From Eukaryota sp. GEM-RC1 (lineage: Eukaryota): a DNA stretch of 64,000 bases. Below, in pieces: positions 24,712-36,400 of this stretch (positions within the stretch are counted from its first letter, which is position 1; each line of letters begins with the position of its first letter). Below the pieces are notes generated by a model. The model was not told the DNA's origin. It worked only from the letters and a program-made list of their open reading frames with translations, and ran no database searches. Position numbers and translations under genes: made by a program. The stretch spans positions 1,178,001 through 1,242,000 of the forward strand of contig JAUFOQ010000016.1 of NCBI GenBank assembly GCA_040285855.1, in the 5' to 3' direction.

Positions 24712-25080
24712 TCAAGACACTAAGTAAAGTATCGGAAGTACGATAATTCTGTCCTTACCAATCAACTCACCTAAAATCGAATTCACGTATCTTTGCATGA
24801 AACATAAACAGTGCAACGTTAACCTACTGAACCAAAAATTTTCATTGGAAACTTTACCGTACTCAGAACACAATTTACCAAATGAAGTTAAAGAACATTG
24901 TGCATCTGGTCCTATATTGTCGTATAGCGACATTACAAATGGTTGAAACACAAAGGAATTTTATCTGTCAACATTCAAATGGTTAAGTACACCAAAATAC
25001 ACTGTTTTTTCCCTTTTCAGCTACTTCAAGAGTAAAAAAGTCCTCATAATTTTTTGTTGAAATTTTCCTTGAATTACAAG
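24712..25080 (-). mobile_element. Degraded CRE-like retrotransposon 3' fragment (divergent subfamily)
   Basis: FQPFVMSLYDNIGPDA...FWFSRL parallels the endonuclease C-terminus at 11505. Confidence 0.6.
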
Positions 25081-25221
25081 GGTAAATTGTTTGCAAAGTA
25101 CACATGATATACTAGAACTACTGACTGTGAAATTACAGATCCACCAAAAGCAACGAAATCTACCTGTAGGTGAATGACAGTCCTTTTGTGATTATTCAGA
25201 AAAACCTCTACCACCATCAAA

Positions 25222-25521
25222 ATGCCTACTCTTCTCGTGGAAGTTTGCCCTTCCCTTAAATCTCAATGTGAACAGCTTGAAATGTCACTTATCCGTCGTT
25301 TCCCTGGGAGAATGATTTTTGTATATAATCAGGACTACAATGACTACGATATCGATCCAAGAAAAAACATCTGCTCTGTTGTTTGGGAACTGAACAACAC
25401 TGTTTTGATTGAGACCAAGGACCGTTGCCCTACCTTTGAGGAACTAGAAGCTATTCTAAAACCCTTCGTAGAACCCCCTGTGGATCCTTGTAAGCCTGTT
25501 GCAGGTGGAGGGTGATGCTAA
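25222..25521 (+). CDS. Candidate selenoprotein, 99 aa, SelW/Rdx-like body with C-terminal GGG-Sec-Cys
   Basis: In-frame TGA (25513-25515) followed by TGC TAA; SECIS core 42 nt downstream. Confidence 0.8.
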
Positions 25522-25547
25522 GCTTGAATCCTCTCCAATGAACTTCA

Positions 25548-25608
25548 TCGATGTTATGTGATTGTTGAACTCAAATCTCGTTTGAGACGGTTCTACATGA
25601 AAACTCGA
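25548..25608 (+). promoter_or_regulatory. Eukaryotic SECIS element, type II, GUGA core variant
   Basis: Helix I TCGA-GTT/AAC-TCGA; core GTGA(25558-61)...TGAA; helix II TGT-T-GAACT/GGTTC-T-ACA; AAA 25573-75, 11 nt after the core; apical ministem TCTC-GTTT-GAGA; 24 nt from AA to GA. Confidence 0.8.
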
Positions 25609-26103
25609 CTGGTTTGTTGGACTATACTTATAAAGTGATGTTTATGTAAAATTGTTTTGATCAAACTACATGCACATATAGAACCACATTTGGCAAAAGA
25701 CGTCATATATAACATTACTTATGTGCCGTAAATCACTGAGGTAGATTTTGAGCTGGTTAACACAATGTCACAAAATACTAACAACAATTGAAGACTCTCA
25801 AACCAAGTTTTACTTTGTTGATGGTCAGATGCTGACAAAAAGGGTACTGAAAGAAGTTGAAAAAAATTCCAAATGGGGTTTTTCAGGTAATTTAATTATT
25901 ATCTGTTACATCATTATGATGCACATTCAACCAACCATTTCCACAACTACTACTAAGTATCAACTGGAAAATTACAATGTCCAAGTCGAAGGTAGAAAAG
26001 AATAAATAGATATCAGAATTGATGTGTACAAAATAAGTAATACGTGTATACTAACCGCCGACAAAAAAAAGATATAATACAAGAAACTAGCAAACTAAAT
26101 TCA

Positions 26104-28983
26104 TTAAATTACTGTTATAGCAATCAACCCATCATTAGCACACGTCAACAACTTATCACCAATCATAATCATCGACACAATCCCTCCTGAGTGGACATCT
26201 AACAGCCGTCGATCATCGCCACTTCCATCAATTTTGATTAATGAAACACAGCCTGATTGATCGCCTAAAACAACTGCATCGTTGCAAGTTAAACAGTGAG
26301 TGACCAAACATTCAGCAGACAGACATACAGCTTGAGGAAAACAGCACGGAATAGAAGTCGAAACCCATTTGATATCTGTTGAATCATCAAAATCCAAACT
26401 ATTAGAACAAACAAGCGTCGTCGTATTAACAATATAGTAAATCCCATTAGTAGTATCTAAAGTTCCAATTCGAAGATACCCGCTGTCCATGTCCCAATCA
26501 ATTGCTCTAGCTAACTGGGAAGCAAAAGAGAAGTCAATTTGACCTTTGAATTCAAAAGAGGTCGGTAAAACTTGGTAAAGGTATAATACATTGGAGTCAG
26601 TGAGGACTGAACAGTAGTTACCATCAGAAGAAAGAGACAAAAACACTGGTAGGATGGACAATGAGTCGGTTTTAGGAACAAGCATTGTCCAATGAAGGGT
26701 TTCAAAGTCATCGTAATTAATCAAAACTAGTTCACCATTGACTAAACAGGCAACAATAACGTCACCGATCCAATCAACATAACAAACTTCTGTTCCAAGA
26801 CAAACTCTCTTAACTAACGATCTGTCTGTTAAACTCCATAAGCAAACAGAACCATCTAGAGAGGAAGTGATAAAGGAATCAAATGTCTTTGCTTTAGAAA
26901 CTGAGGTGAAAACTGGTGAGAGTCTAGATTTGGATAAGGAAAGACCTGAACCTAACGTCATGATTGGCTCCCATCTTGGTGATGATTGTGATTCTGATAG
27001 ATGACTGGGTAGAAATACTTTCCTCATGGAGTTATCTGATAAAAGTACGTAAAAGAAGGAATGTCTGGAAGCTGGCGGTCTACAAAGACCAGTGACAAAT
27101 GCTGACGTGTCAGATATACAGACACAACCCATTGGCAGTAGGTCAGAATTCCAAAATTTTAAAATATTAGAAGAACCTGCAGAAACAACAATCTCATCAA
27201 TTTTCCCATTGAGTTCACAATTAACTCGAATTAACCCAATCACGGGACAATCATGAGCTCTAATATTTGATTGCTGAGCCTTCTTTCCTAAAGTTTTCTT
27301 TGGTGACGATCCAGGTCTAATCAAAACCAAAAATCCCTCCATTGTTCCTAAAACAAAGTTACCTGAAACTAAAGAAGAAGCAGAAGTAGAAACTTTAAAC
27401 AAATCCTTTGGGGCTTGAGAAGATACAGTAAAAGAAGTTAGTTGATCTCCAATGTCTAAAGTCCAGAATTGACAGTGATTAATACCAAAGGACAGGGCAA
27501 TTCCAACTGAGGACGAGATTATCGAGAGAGGTTTAGATGGTTGGTTAATTAAAATTTTGGATAATATTTGAACTTTTGCATAATCCAACAAACACAGATA
27601 AGAGTCCTCTTTTCCGAGAGATAGAAGTCGAGTACCAGTCTTAGCAAAGGCTACAGAAGAAATACCTCCGTGATGAAGAGGAACTTCAATAACATTAGAA
27701 ATTGATAGGTCAAGAGAATTCCACACAATGATTGTCGGCATGATGCTATTAGTGGTCCCTTTTTTGATTCTGTTGATGTCACTCTGTCGATGATTACTGA
27801 ATTGACCAGAAGCTACAATGAATCCATTTTGATGAAGATCTAGGCAGGAAACGTCCATACCATGACCAAAGAAAAGGGACTGTGATCGTCGATCTAAATC
27901 AGTGACCACAATCACCTTCCCGATTGCAGAAATCAATCGATTTTGATTGTTGACCTTGATAAATTGAGAGAAAGGATGAGATCCAACGATTCCAACTGGA
28001 TTTAAATCATCATCGGAAACTTCAATGACTGAACGTCTTTCTTTTGATAAGGAAATCACGTCGTGGTCAATTGACTTTAACAAACCCTTGACATACCAAT
28101 GCAATGACGTCAGCGGATCAAAACTTATTGACTGATTTAATTTTGATGGTCCAGGACTCAACGATCTTTTCACATCCAGTATTTGAAGCTTTTCAGTAGC
28201 TAACTGATGACGAACCTGTCTACTTTTCATTACCAATTCTTGTTCCAAAGAGGAATACTTGGTGGATAAAGACTCAAAATCCTCTCGAAGTCGTCGTAGT
28301 TCACTCTTATATCTTCTGGATTTAGAAACCTCGTTTTGATACTTAACCTGATACTGAAGGTACTTCTTCTGATAGTCCTGTTCACTTGATCTTGAAGAGA
28401 TTGTGTCACGGTCTGGTGAAGGAGACTCAGTAATGAAAGGGGAGGTATGGCGGCAGATAGGACTTTCAAAGGTCTTATGCTGGGTAGGGGAAGGAGAGGA
28501 CTGGAGCTTAGACAGAGTACCGTGATAGGTCTTAACTTTATCATTAGCTCTGGCAAGTTTTGCTGATTGTTTAGCTAAATCATCTTGAAGTTTGACGAGA
28601 GTGTCTTTGAGGGCACGACGTTCTTGTAACCAAAGTTGTTGTTGTTCTTGTTTGAATGAGTCTGATTCTACAAGAGTTTTCTCATGTCTACGTTGAATTC
28701 GTTGAAGAGTTCCAACTTCTTTCAGTAGAGCCTTGTTTTCTCTCTTTAAAGCAACTACTTGGTCTTCCAATTCGTTGATAACTTTCATGGGAGTTGCAGA
28801 CTTGTCCAATAGACGACCGAGTTTCTCATTTTGTTTACGACTGTTACGAAGAGCTTTTTCTAGAGAATGTATTCGCTTTGAATTATCAGGAGATGGGGAA
28901 TCATTTTGCAAAGACAATCTTGAAAAGCTTGGAGATGTGGATGGATCATAGGACATTGATGAAAGACTCGGTGACTCTGACAT
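26104..28983 (-). CDS. Coiled-coil plus WD40 beta-propeller protein (EML-like)
   Basis: N-terminal coiled coil; QSLFFGHGMDVSCLDLHQNGFIVASGQ and further WD repeats. Confidence 0.75.
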   Translation of the reverse strand: MSESPSLSSMSYDPSTSPSFSRLSLQNDSPSPDNSKRIHSLEKALRNSRKQNEKLGRLLDKSATPMKVINELEDQVVALKRENKALLKEVGTLQRIQRRHEKTLVESDSFKQEQQQLWLQERRALKDTLVKLQDDLAKQSAKLARANDKVKTYHGTLSKLQSSPSPTQHKTFESPICRHTSPFITESPSPDRDTISSRSSEQDYQKKYLQYQVKYQNEVSKSRRYKSELRRLREDFESLSTKYSSLEQELVMKSRQVRHQLATEKLQILDVKRSLSPGPSKLNQSISFDPLTSLHWYVKGLLKSIDHDVISLSKERRSVIEVSDDDLNPVGIVGSHPFSQFIKVNNQNRLISAIGKVIVVTDLDRRSQSLFFGHGMDVSCLDLHQNGFIVASGQFSNHRQSDINRIKKGTTNSIMPTIIVWNSLDLSISNVIEVPLHHGGISSVAFAKTGTRLLSLGKEDSYLCLLDYAKVQILSKILINQPSKPLSIISSSVGIALSFGINHCQFWTLDIGDQLTSFTVSSQAPKDLFKVSTSASSLVSGNFVLGTMEGFLVLIRPGSSPKKTLGKKAQQSNIRAHDCPVIGLIRVNCELNGKIDEIVVSAGSSNILKFWNSDLLPMGCVCISDTSAFVTGLCRPPASRHSFFYVLLSDNSMRKVFLPSHLSESQSSPRWEPIMTLGSGLSLSKSRLSPVFTSVSKAKTFDSFITSSLDGSVCLWSLTDRSLVKRVCLGTEVCYVDWIGDVIVACLVNGELVLINYDDFETLHWTMLVPKTDSLSILPVFLSLSSDGNYCSVLTDSNVLYLYQVLPTSFEFKGQIDFSFASQLARAIDWDMDSGYLRIGTLDTTNGIYYIVNTTTLVCSNSLDFDDSTDIKWVSTSIPCCFPQAVCLSAECLVTHCLTCNDAVVLGDQSGCVSLIKIDGSGDDRRLLDVHSGGIVSMIMIGDKLLTCANDGLIAITVI

Positions 28984-29682
28984 TTCGGCGCAAAACGGTA
29001 AAGAGGATACTTAAGGTAAGAGAATTGAAAAGCAATTTTGATTCAACAGGTGTGATTCAGATTGGAGATTCTGAAACAGAACAACTGGAAGGCCGCATCA
29101 GAAACAGTTATCCAGATCTATGTTTGACTGTTGTTTTGTGGTTTAGAAACAACTTATATGTAATATCATTTGTCAAAAATATGAAATTGACGAAGAACTG
29201 TAAACTTGTCGTTACACATGCATCTGTTAGACTGATCTCCCCATGCCACGTGTCACGGTTATATTTAAAGTTCAGAGTCTGACCTTCAGACATTGTGTTG
29301 TTCTTTCGGCGTGTTAATCAGAATCAACAATCATAGGATCAGCTCTTGACGTGTCCATCACGGGGGAATTGCAGGTTGATTGCAGGTTGAGGCTTTGTGA
29401 TCACCTGTGTGAAACACTCTGATTTCAAAAAGCATCTAATTTTTCAAAAGACACCACGTCTTTCAACTTTCTATCTACAAAATGCAATTATTTCATTGTA
29501 TACTATTAGTAACAAGTCAAATACTGTACAATGTTATTCGTAATAAAAGACTGTAGTTCTAATTGATCGAATACTAGAAAACGGAAAAGATTTCTAGTTT
29601 GTTCAAGTTTGAAAAGAACACACACAACTCTCTAAAGAATGTAATTTACTTAGAATAAATTTCCTTTATAATACAGTAAATC

Positions 29683-31929
29683 CTACGACGACGGATTCAA
29701 ATTTAAAAAATGTCTCCTAACATAAGACGTTGCTTCAGCAGCGTGATCTTGAGTATCCTCATCTTCACTTCCCATTAACTTCACTAAATAAGGTACAGCT
29801 CCAGCATTCAAAAGATCGAGACTATTAGCTTCAGCCTTTGTCAACTGAGCCAAAGACCTAGCAACTGCCTTAAGCACAGACTCCCGTTCATCAGTCAGCA
29901 ACCTAATCAAAGGACAAACAGCTTGAAGTTGATTGAATCGAAGTCTATTCGAAGGAAGCTTACACACTGTTTCTATAGCCTTTGCCAAAGCCATCCGAAG
30001 ACCCCCTTCTACAGGAGGAGCTCTAGGACGAGTCAAAAGCTCAGTAGAAACAAAGGTATCAGGAGAGGAAGGATCAATGACGTGATCATTGTCATTCTTA
30101 CTATACTCTAGGGACACAGCTATTGTCACTATTCGAGCTAAAAGAGGGACAACCCCGTCTTCAGTTAGTACTTTCAGATTGGCTTCAGAAAGAGCAACCT
30201 TGGAGAGAGCCATGCAACCCCCACACAATAGATAAGAGTCTTCAGAAGTCAAGAGACCAAGTAGCAGCTCTAATCCACCAATAAAAGTTCTCCCAATCGA
30301 CTCACTGTTCTCTAACGTCAACAATGGGACTACTGCTAGTACAGCATTACCCCTCAAAACGTCATTTTTTGATCGGAAAAGACTCCACAGCAATCGCAGC
30401 CCGTCTAGTTCAACAACAGTCTTGAAGCAATCCTTGTCAGTTCCCAGGGCAGCAATCACAGCTGTGGAAGCAATCAAAAGATCCTCGTGAGTGGAGAGCA
30501 GACTTTTGATTAAGGAAGGGATCACGTTTGCTGATTTGATTGATGATGGGCCTTGAGGTGACAGTCGGGCAAGTACTGAGAGACAACAACACGCTTCAAT
30601 TTGAACAGGAACAGAATTGTTGTTGAGAAGAGTTGACAAGGAAATCGCAGTTTTGTTTTCCACTAACACCTTTGCATTGATTGGATTTATAGCAGCGTGA
30701 GCCACTGAAGCCAAAACATTTGAAACATTTGAAATACTGGTAGGAGTGGGATCTCTAGGGAGAGTACTAGCTACTGAAGTTAAAAGATTGGCCAGGTGGA
30801 CTAATCCGTCTTGAGTAGAGATCACTTTTCGATATTTTTCAAATTTTAATAGAAATTTCAATACTGAACAAGAAGCAAATCGAATATCATTTGAAAAAGT
30901 AGATGGTAATAGCGACAATAAACAGCTAAACAGTAAATCAAACCGTCCTAAATACTTTTTAACAGCAGTTTCCTTAATAGAATTTAAAATAAGCGAAATA
31001 GAATTCACCAGAGGTAATAGCATTGAGGATTTTAATTCTGATAGATTAGTTACAGAACTACTTTCTAAACCTACTAGTAACTCAATTAAACCACACAAAA
31101 GATCAAAACCCTTGTTATTTAGGAGGAAACTTCGATTACTACCATTCTTACAAGCCATGTGAAGAACTTGACACGTGGCAGATCCTATTTTTAGAGCACT
31201 CTCAAGGTCTAAAAGAGATTCAAAAGACGAACTTTGGGATTTCTTAACGGAAGCGTTGAAATCTGTTGACCGATGACGTATCCTTCGCGGAGTTCCCGGA
31301 GGCTTAGTTTCTGGAGGTTTTGCCTGCGAGGTTCCAAGAACAGAGAATATAGACTTAAGTAAAGATAGGGTAATATGAAGCGGGGACTTCTTGGAAGAGC
31401 GTAAGTGCTGACGGAGAGCTCGACGGTTGTTAGCAGTGTTACGGCAGAAGTTTGCCATTGCGGAAAGAAGAGAAATGATGAGGCTAACGCAAGGGACAGT
31501 GGTTTCACAGTCTGAAGAGCAGAAAGCATCAGGTGAACAGAGACGCTCAGTGAGGATGGCAACGCCGTTGTTTGAAAGTGCAGATTGTTGGACAAGAGGG
31601 TGAACTGCGCAGGAAGCGAGAATGTCTGCAGCAGCCGTACAAGATCGTGAAGAGAATGACGGAAGGAGAGATAATATCGTCGACACTCCTTCATAGTAAA
31701 CAAAAGCTAGTTGAGCTTCTGTTACAGACAGATTAACTTCAGACAGAAAAAGAAGAGCAGCATCCTTTGCGGATTGTTTGTTATGAAGTTGAGACTTTAA
31801 AGAGTTGATCAAGCGTTGAACAGCTATAGCTTCAGAAGACCCATCCACACGAGTTTTATGGACGACTAGTAGAAGTTCATCAGAGTCAAACCCATCATCA
31901 TGATCCGAATCTGCTACAGGAGATGACAT
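29683..31929 (-). CDS. ODAD2: Armadillo-repeat outer dynein arm docking protein
   Basis: DGLRLLWSL, RTFIGGLELL and NLKVLTEDGVVPLLA match ARMC4/ODAD2. Confidence 0.85.
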   Translation of the reverse strand: MSSPVADSDHDDGFDSDELLLVVHKTRVDGSSEAIAVQRLINSLKSQLHNKQSAKDAALLFLSEVNLSVTEAQLAFVYYEGVSTILSLLPSFSSRSCTAAADILASCAVHPLVQQSALSNNGVAILTERLCSPDAFCSSDCETTVPCVSLIISLLSAMANFCRNTANNRRALRQHLRSSKKSPLHITLSLLKSIFSVLGTSQAKPPETKPPGTPRRIRHRSTDFNASVKKSQSSSFESLLDLESALKIGSATCQVLHMACKNGSNRSFLLNNKGFDLLCGLIELLVGLESSSVTNLSELKSSMLLPLVNSISLILNSIKETAVKKYLGRFDLLFSCLLSLLPSTFSNDIRFASCSVLKFLLKFEKYRKVISTQDGLVHLANLLTSVASTLPRDPTPTSISNVSNVLASVAHAAINPINAKVLVENKTAISLSTLLNNNSVPVQIEACCCLSVLARLSPQGPSSIKSANVIPSLIKSLLSTHEDLLIASTAVIAALGTDKDCFKTVVELDGLRLLWSLFRSKNDVLRGNAVLAVVPLLTLENSESIGRTFIGGLELLLGLLTSEDSYLLCGGCMALSKVALSEANLKVLTEDGVVPLLARIVTIAVSLEYSKNDNDHVIDPSSPDTFVSTELLTRPRAPPVEGGLRMALAKAIETVCKLPSNRLRFNQLQAVCPLIRLLTDERESVLKAVARSLAQLTKAEANSLDLLNAGAVPYLVKLMGSEDEDTQDHAAEATSYVRRHFLNLNPSS

Positions 31930-32866
31930 TTATTGGTTCAAGGCCAAGTGAGTCTCAATTTTTTCTTCAATCTTGTCATTTCCTTTTCATTATTTTAGAT
32001 TTGTATCGCAGAACTGTTCTTGAGTACTCTTTATTGTTTGGGACCTTTTTTAAGTTTTTAAGTGATCTTGTTGAGGTTAATGAGGCGAAATTGTCTTACC
32101 ACGCATTTTCATCAGCTAAACACAAGTTTTTAAGAGCTTCATCCTTAACTAAAAGTGCGTTTATTGGTTATATCAAATTATTGTATTTGAATTTAAATCC
32201 AGATACCGTTTTTTGCTCAATGCAAATCTCAATCATTCTACCCATTGGCTAAGTTCGTCAGTTTCCGTTATTGACAATTTAGATTTGGATATTTGGAACC
32301 GCTGTTTTCCTTCTCAATTACCTAGTATTCCTTTAAAATCGACATTGTATCCCCCGTTGTGTGTGGTTGAACTTCAATGTGAGCTTTTGAATGCATTTGA
32401 AAACCTGGATTTCGAAGTCATAGAAGTCACTGAAATTGAGTTTATTGAGTCTATTCAATATCACTCATAGAGTCCATTTCAGTCTTAAAATCGAGTAAAA
32501 ATGAAGCACATCGAAATACTGTAAACTTTGATGTACCAACTTACACACTATAAAACTACAATTAGTAAAATAGCATTTTACTTTTTGTATTGCACTAGAC
32601 CGCACTCGCACTCAGTGCACACGATTGAGCACGACACCTTCATTCTTAAATCAACTTGAACTGAAGCCATATTTCCAATATGGAAAGTTAATTTGACGTT
32701 GACAAAAGCACAAGACTTGGAGTAAAAGTAGTTTTGAAGTTCCGTGGAAATTTATTTTTTAACCATTGATGACATTTTTCAGAGCACAAATTCGTCATAG
32801 TCGGTGACTTAGCTAATAAATTGAAAACATACTAAAAAACACTGTGTTTGTATTTTCCAAGTACTA

Positions 32867-33367
32867 CACTTCAGGAAACATTTAGACTAATTCTGTACTG
32901 AGACTAATTTTGCACAATTGTCGAAGTGTTAAAATAGACTTCATTACTCAGATTTGCTCACGAGCATGCCAATGATCGTCATCATCTAGGCTCCAATCAA
33001 TTAGTCACCCTCAACTTATGTTAGCACGCTTGTTTCTTGATGAACAGCAGATTAAACATGGATTTGAGCTCGTTTAAAAGACTTTCGAATTGTGTTCGAA
33101 GTCAATGTTACTGAAAACGTGTATTCCTAATCACAAATAGAATAATTTGAGGTCTAGATTCAATTGTATACAATTTAAACGTACAGAGATAATTCATTCC
33201 AGCTGTTTGTTGTTAGTACTGAATGTCTATGGACTGTAAAGAACAGTTTAATTTAAAAAAAAGTTGTCGTATTTGGAAATTGCAGGACAAATATAGTCTC
33301 ACAAGAGCACTTTTCGAAATGAGCAGGGCAAAATTAGTCTCAGTAAGACTAAATGTTTCCTGAAGTG
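32867..33367. mobile_element. TA-flanked TIR element (Tc1/mariner-like MITE)
   Basis: TIRs CACTTCAGGAAACATTTAG / CTAAATGTTTCCTGAAGTG flanked by TA; TGAGACTA/TAGTCTCA subterminal motifs. Confidence 0.85.
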
Positions 33368-33473
33368 TAGTATGGTTGAAATACCAGCGCAATAGACAAG
33401 GATTTCAATCGGACATACACTAAGGGTAAGAGAATTCATTCTTTTGACCCATTTCCAAAAAGGGTATTGTTGA

Positions 33474-36400
33474 ATGTCAGCTCGGCAGTCCGATGTGTCC
33501 TCAAGGTCACCCCATGCTCGAACTGCGGCTTTTTCCAAGAAGGCAGAGTTACGTTTCTTTGAGTTTCTCCGAAGACTACTCCCGCCACGTGCAGCTTTCA
33601 TTGGAGTTGTTGCTGTTATACTCGAAGTCTTCCAGGTTGTAGGTTTTATAGTCAACTCTTCGTACTTCGAACAATGGGATTCGTTATTGGATCCACGTTC
33701 TCTATTTGAGGGACTGGCGTTGCGGCTATCTACCAAAACCAACGGTATCGATCCTTCTTCGGTCTTTTATGTGTGTATTGCTGCTTTATATGTCCTTTTA
33801 ATTATCACAGGATTGCTTATGTGGTTTCCCCATAATGGCTTCATATTTTATATAGGCTGTGTTCTTGTTCGATTGTTCTCTACTGTGTTGTTTGTCCCCT
33901 TTCTCGCTAATCTGCTCCCGGCTTTAACATGTTTACCGTCTAATGCCGATGTTTCATTCCATTCTTTAATATCACCAGGGCGTTGTTGGAACTCATGGGA
34001 TGGGTTACTCATCAAACTAGTCACAACCGTCGGACTCATTCTGTACTTCCTCCTATGTTACTGTTTGGCGAGATGCTCCTTCGATCCATCTCCTTCAAGT
34101 AAGCGAGTCTTTGCTCGATCTCATTCTTACTGTCATACATTGTGGTTGATCATGAGAACTTGTCTGCTCCTGATCTACTTTCTTCTTCCCTATAGAAATC
34201 TGCTGTTCCATTCGGTTTACTTCATTTGCTCATGCTACCTCATCTTTCGATTCGTCATTCATGTCCCCTTTTACAACAAACGTTCCAACTACATCAACTC
34301 TGCAGTCTTTTCCTTGCTCCCAACTTCTAGTCTTACACTTCTGATCTCCACCCTTTACACCTTCCGCCAAGAGTTCTCTCCATCTACCACAGCTCTCATC
34401 AATATGCTTCTCTTCTTCTCACTTTATATTATCATTTCCTCTCTTTGTATTCTCTGGACTCGATCTGTCCTCAACCGTTACTACAACTTCTCCCCTTCCC
34501 AACTCTCCACCACAACTCAACCTCTCCCTCTTCATCCCCAGGTTGTCCAAACTGCTCGATACAAGTCCTCCTCCATTGGACTTGATCTAGAAGATGACGA
34601 TGATCAAAGTGAGACAAGTCAAGTAGAAGTGGCTACTTCGTTCTGTAATAACGAGAAGCACCCATCTTCTTCTGCTCTACCAACCATTCGTTATCCGTTC
34701 CAATCCGAGCTCTACACCAGATTTCTCTTTCCCAAACCCCACAAGAGTAGCTTTGAAGACAAGGAGTATGCTAACATGGTCTATGAGCACGGGTCTGAAC
34801 GATTCCCGGAGTCTGTGGATCTTCTTTTATTCAAGTGTAACTTTGAAATATTCATTAAGGACAACTTTTTAGCAATAGTTTCTCTTTTCTCATTGATCAA
34901 CAATTTAGATGTAGATCTTACCTTGTGTCAGCGCTATTTCCTTCATTATTACCAAAAGAAGTCTGAAGAACTCAGAAGAATCTCTAATACTGGTGACGAT
35001 TACGTTGATGCAAAGAGCTCAATTTCATTCCATCAAAACCTCAAAAACTCAAATCTCTACATCTTGATAGTCTCGACTGTCTCCTTCAGTTTTGGTCGGT
35101 ACTAGTCCAACCCAATATTGATTTAAATAGATTACCCTCGATTACTGAACATATTAGAGTATCTAAAGCTGAAATAGAGTTACTCTTTTCGACAATGCTC
35201 TCCAACTTTCCTGACAACAAAGAACTTCTTACGATGTATTCGCTGTATCTACGAGAAGTTCTTTTGGATAGTACTGGGGCTGACTATATACTTGAACAAT
35301 TAGACTTGCAATCCTCTGTAGGATCTTCCAATGAAGGGAGTATAGCTCTTTCCTCAGCTCCTTCTAGAGCTAGTGTTAGACAGAAGAGGAAGAAAGCTAG
35401 AAGAAGACAGGGAATAGAGATGGTTGACTCACGTGACTCTGATATCAGTGTTAATTATGTCAACAAACTATCTAAAATGACGATCACGTCTCTACTCTTT
35501 TTAGTAGCCCTTCTGTTTATTTCATTTATCATCTACTTTGCCTCACTCTCAGATCTTACCAATAGAATTCAAGTTCTATTAGAATCCTCTCATATCCTCG
35601 TTGTTGCTAATAAGTTAGCTCTCGATGCAAGAATGTTTGGGGTTCATTTGCGATGGTCTGGTGCAAGAGTTAGAGCAAGTTACTACGACTCTCTAAGAGA
35701 AGATGCAGAACATTTAAACTTCCATGCATCTAGAGTTTTCATTGGGAATGATGCCTTCTCAGTCCCACATTCATTCATTTGTCCTAGAACTGGTGATGTG
35801 GAGGTTAGAGGGGTTGATGACGCGATTATCACTGAATTCCTTAGAAATCCCTCTCTTGTTGTGAGCTTTTATCGGAATACGAATCCAGCCCTGACAGATT
35901 TGAAATTATTAAATTATTGGGAATTGATTTTGTCATTTTCTAATGCTGTTTTTGAATTCATCCACGACTTGACTGATAGTCGTGTTAATATCAACAGATA
36001 TTTCAGATTTCTCTCAGATAATCGATCGTCAATCAATTTGGCATCCTTCCAGTTCTGGCATTTGCTATTGACTGCTTCCGAGCAGTTCTTTAATCAATCA
36101 CGACTTGCATCTATCCTCTCTCTCGCTTTCAGTATACTTTGTGTTTTATTTATCGGAATTTTTGGATTCTATAGGATCATTTCCAGAATCTCGCTAGAAC
36201 GCCAAGCTGTCCTTAACCTTTTTCTACTTGTTCCCAGATCTGTTTGTTCTCAAATTGTGCAAGATTTAAAGGCTAAAACTAAACGGAAGGCTTCTAAAGA
36301 TGACTATTCTGATCAAGAATCTGATTTTGAACAAGATGACGAATCAATTGACCAAAGCGTTGGTCTCTTTGACTTGATGAGTCGCCAATTAATTCAACAG

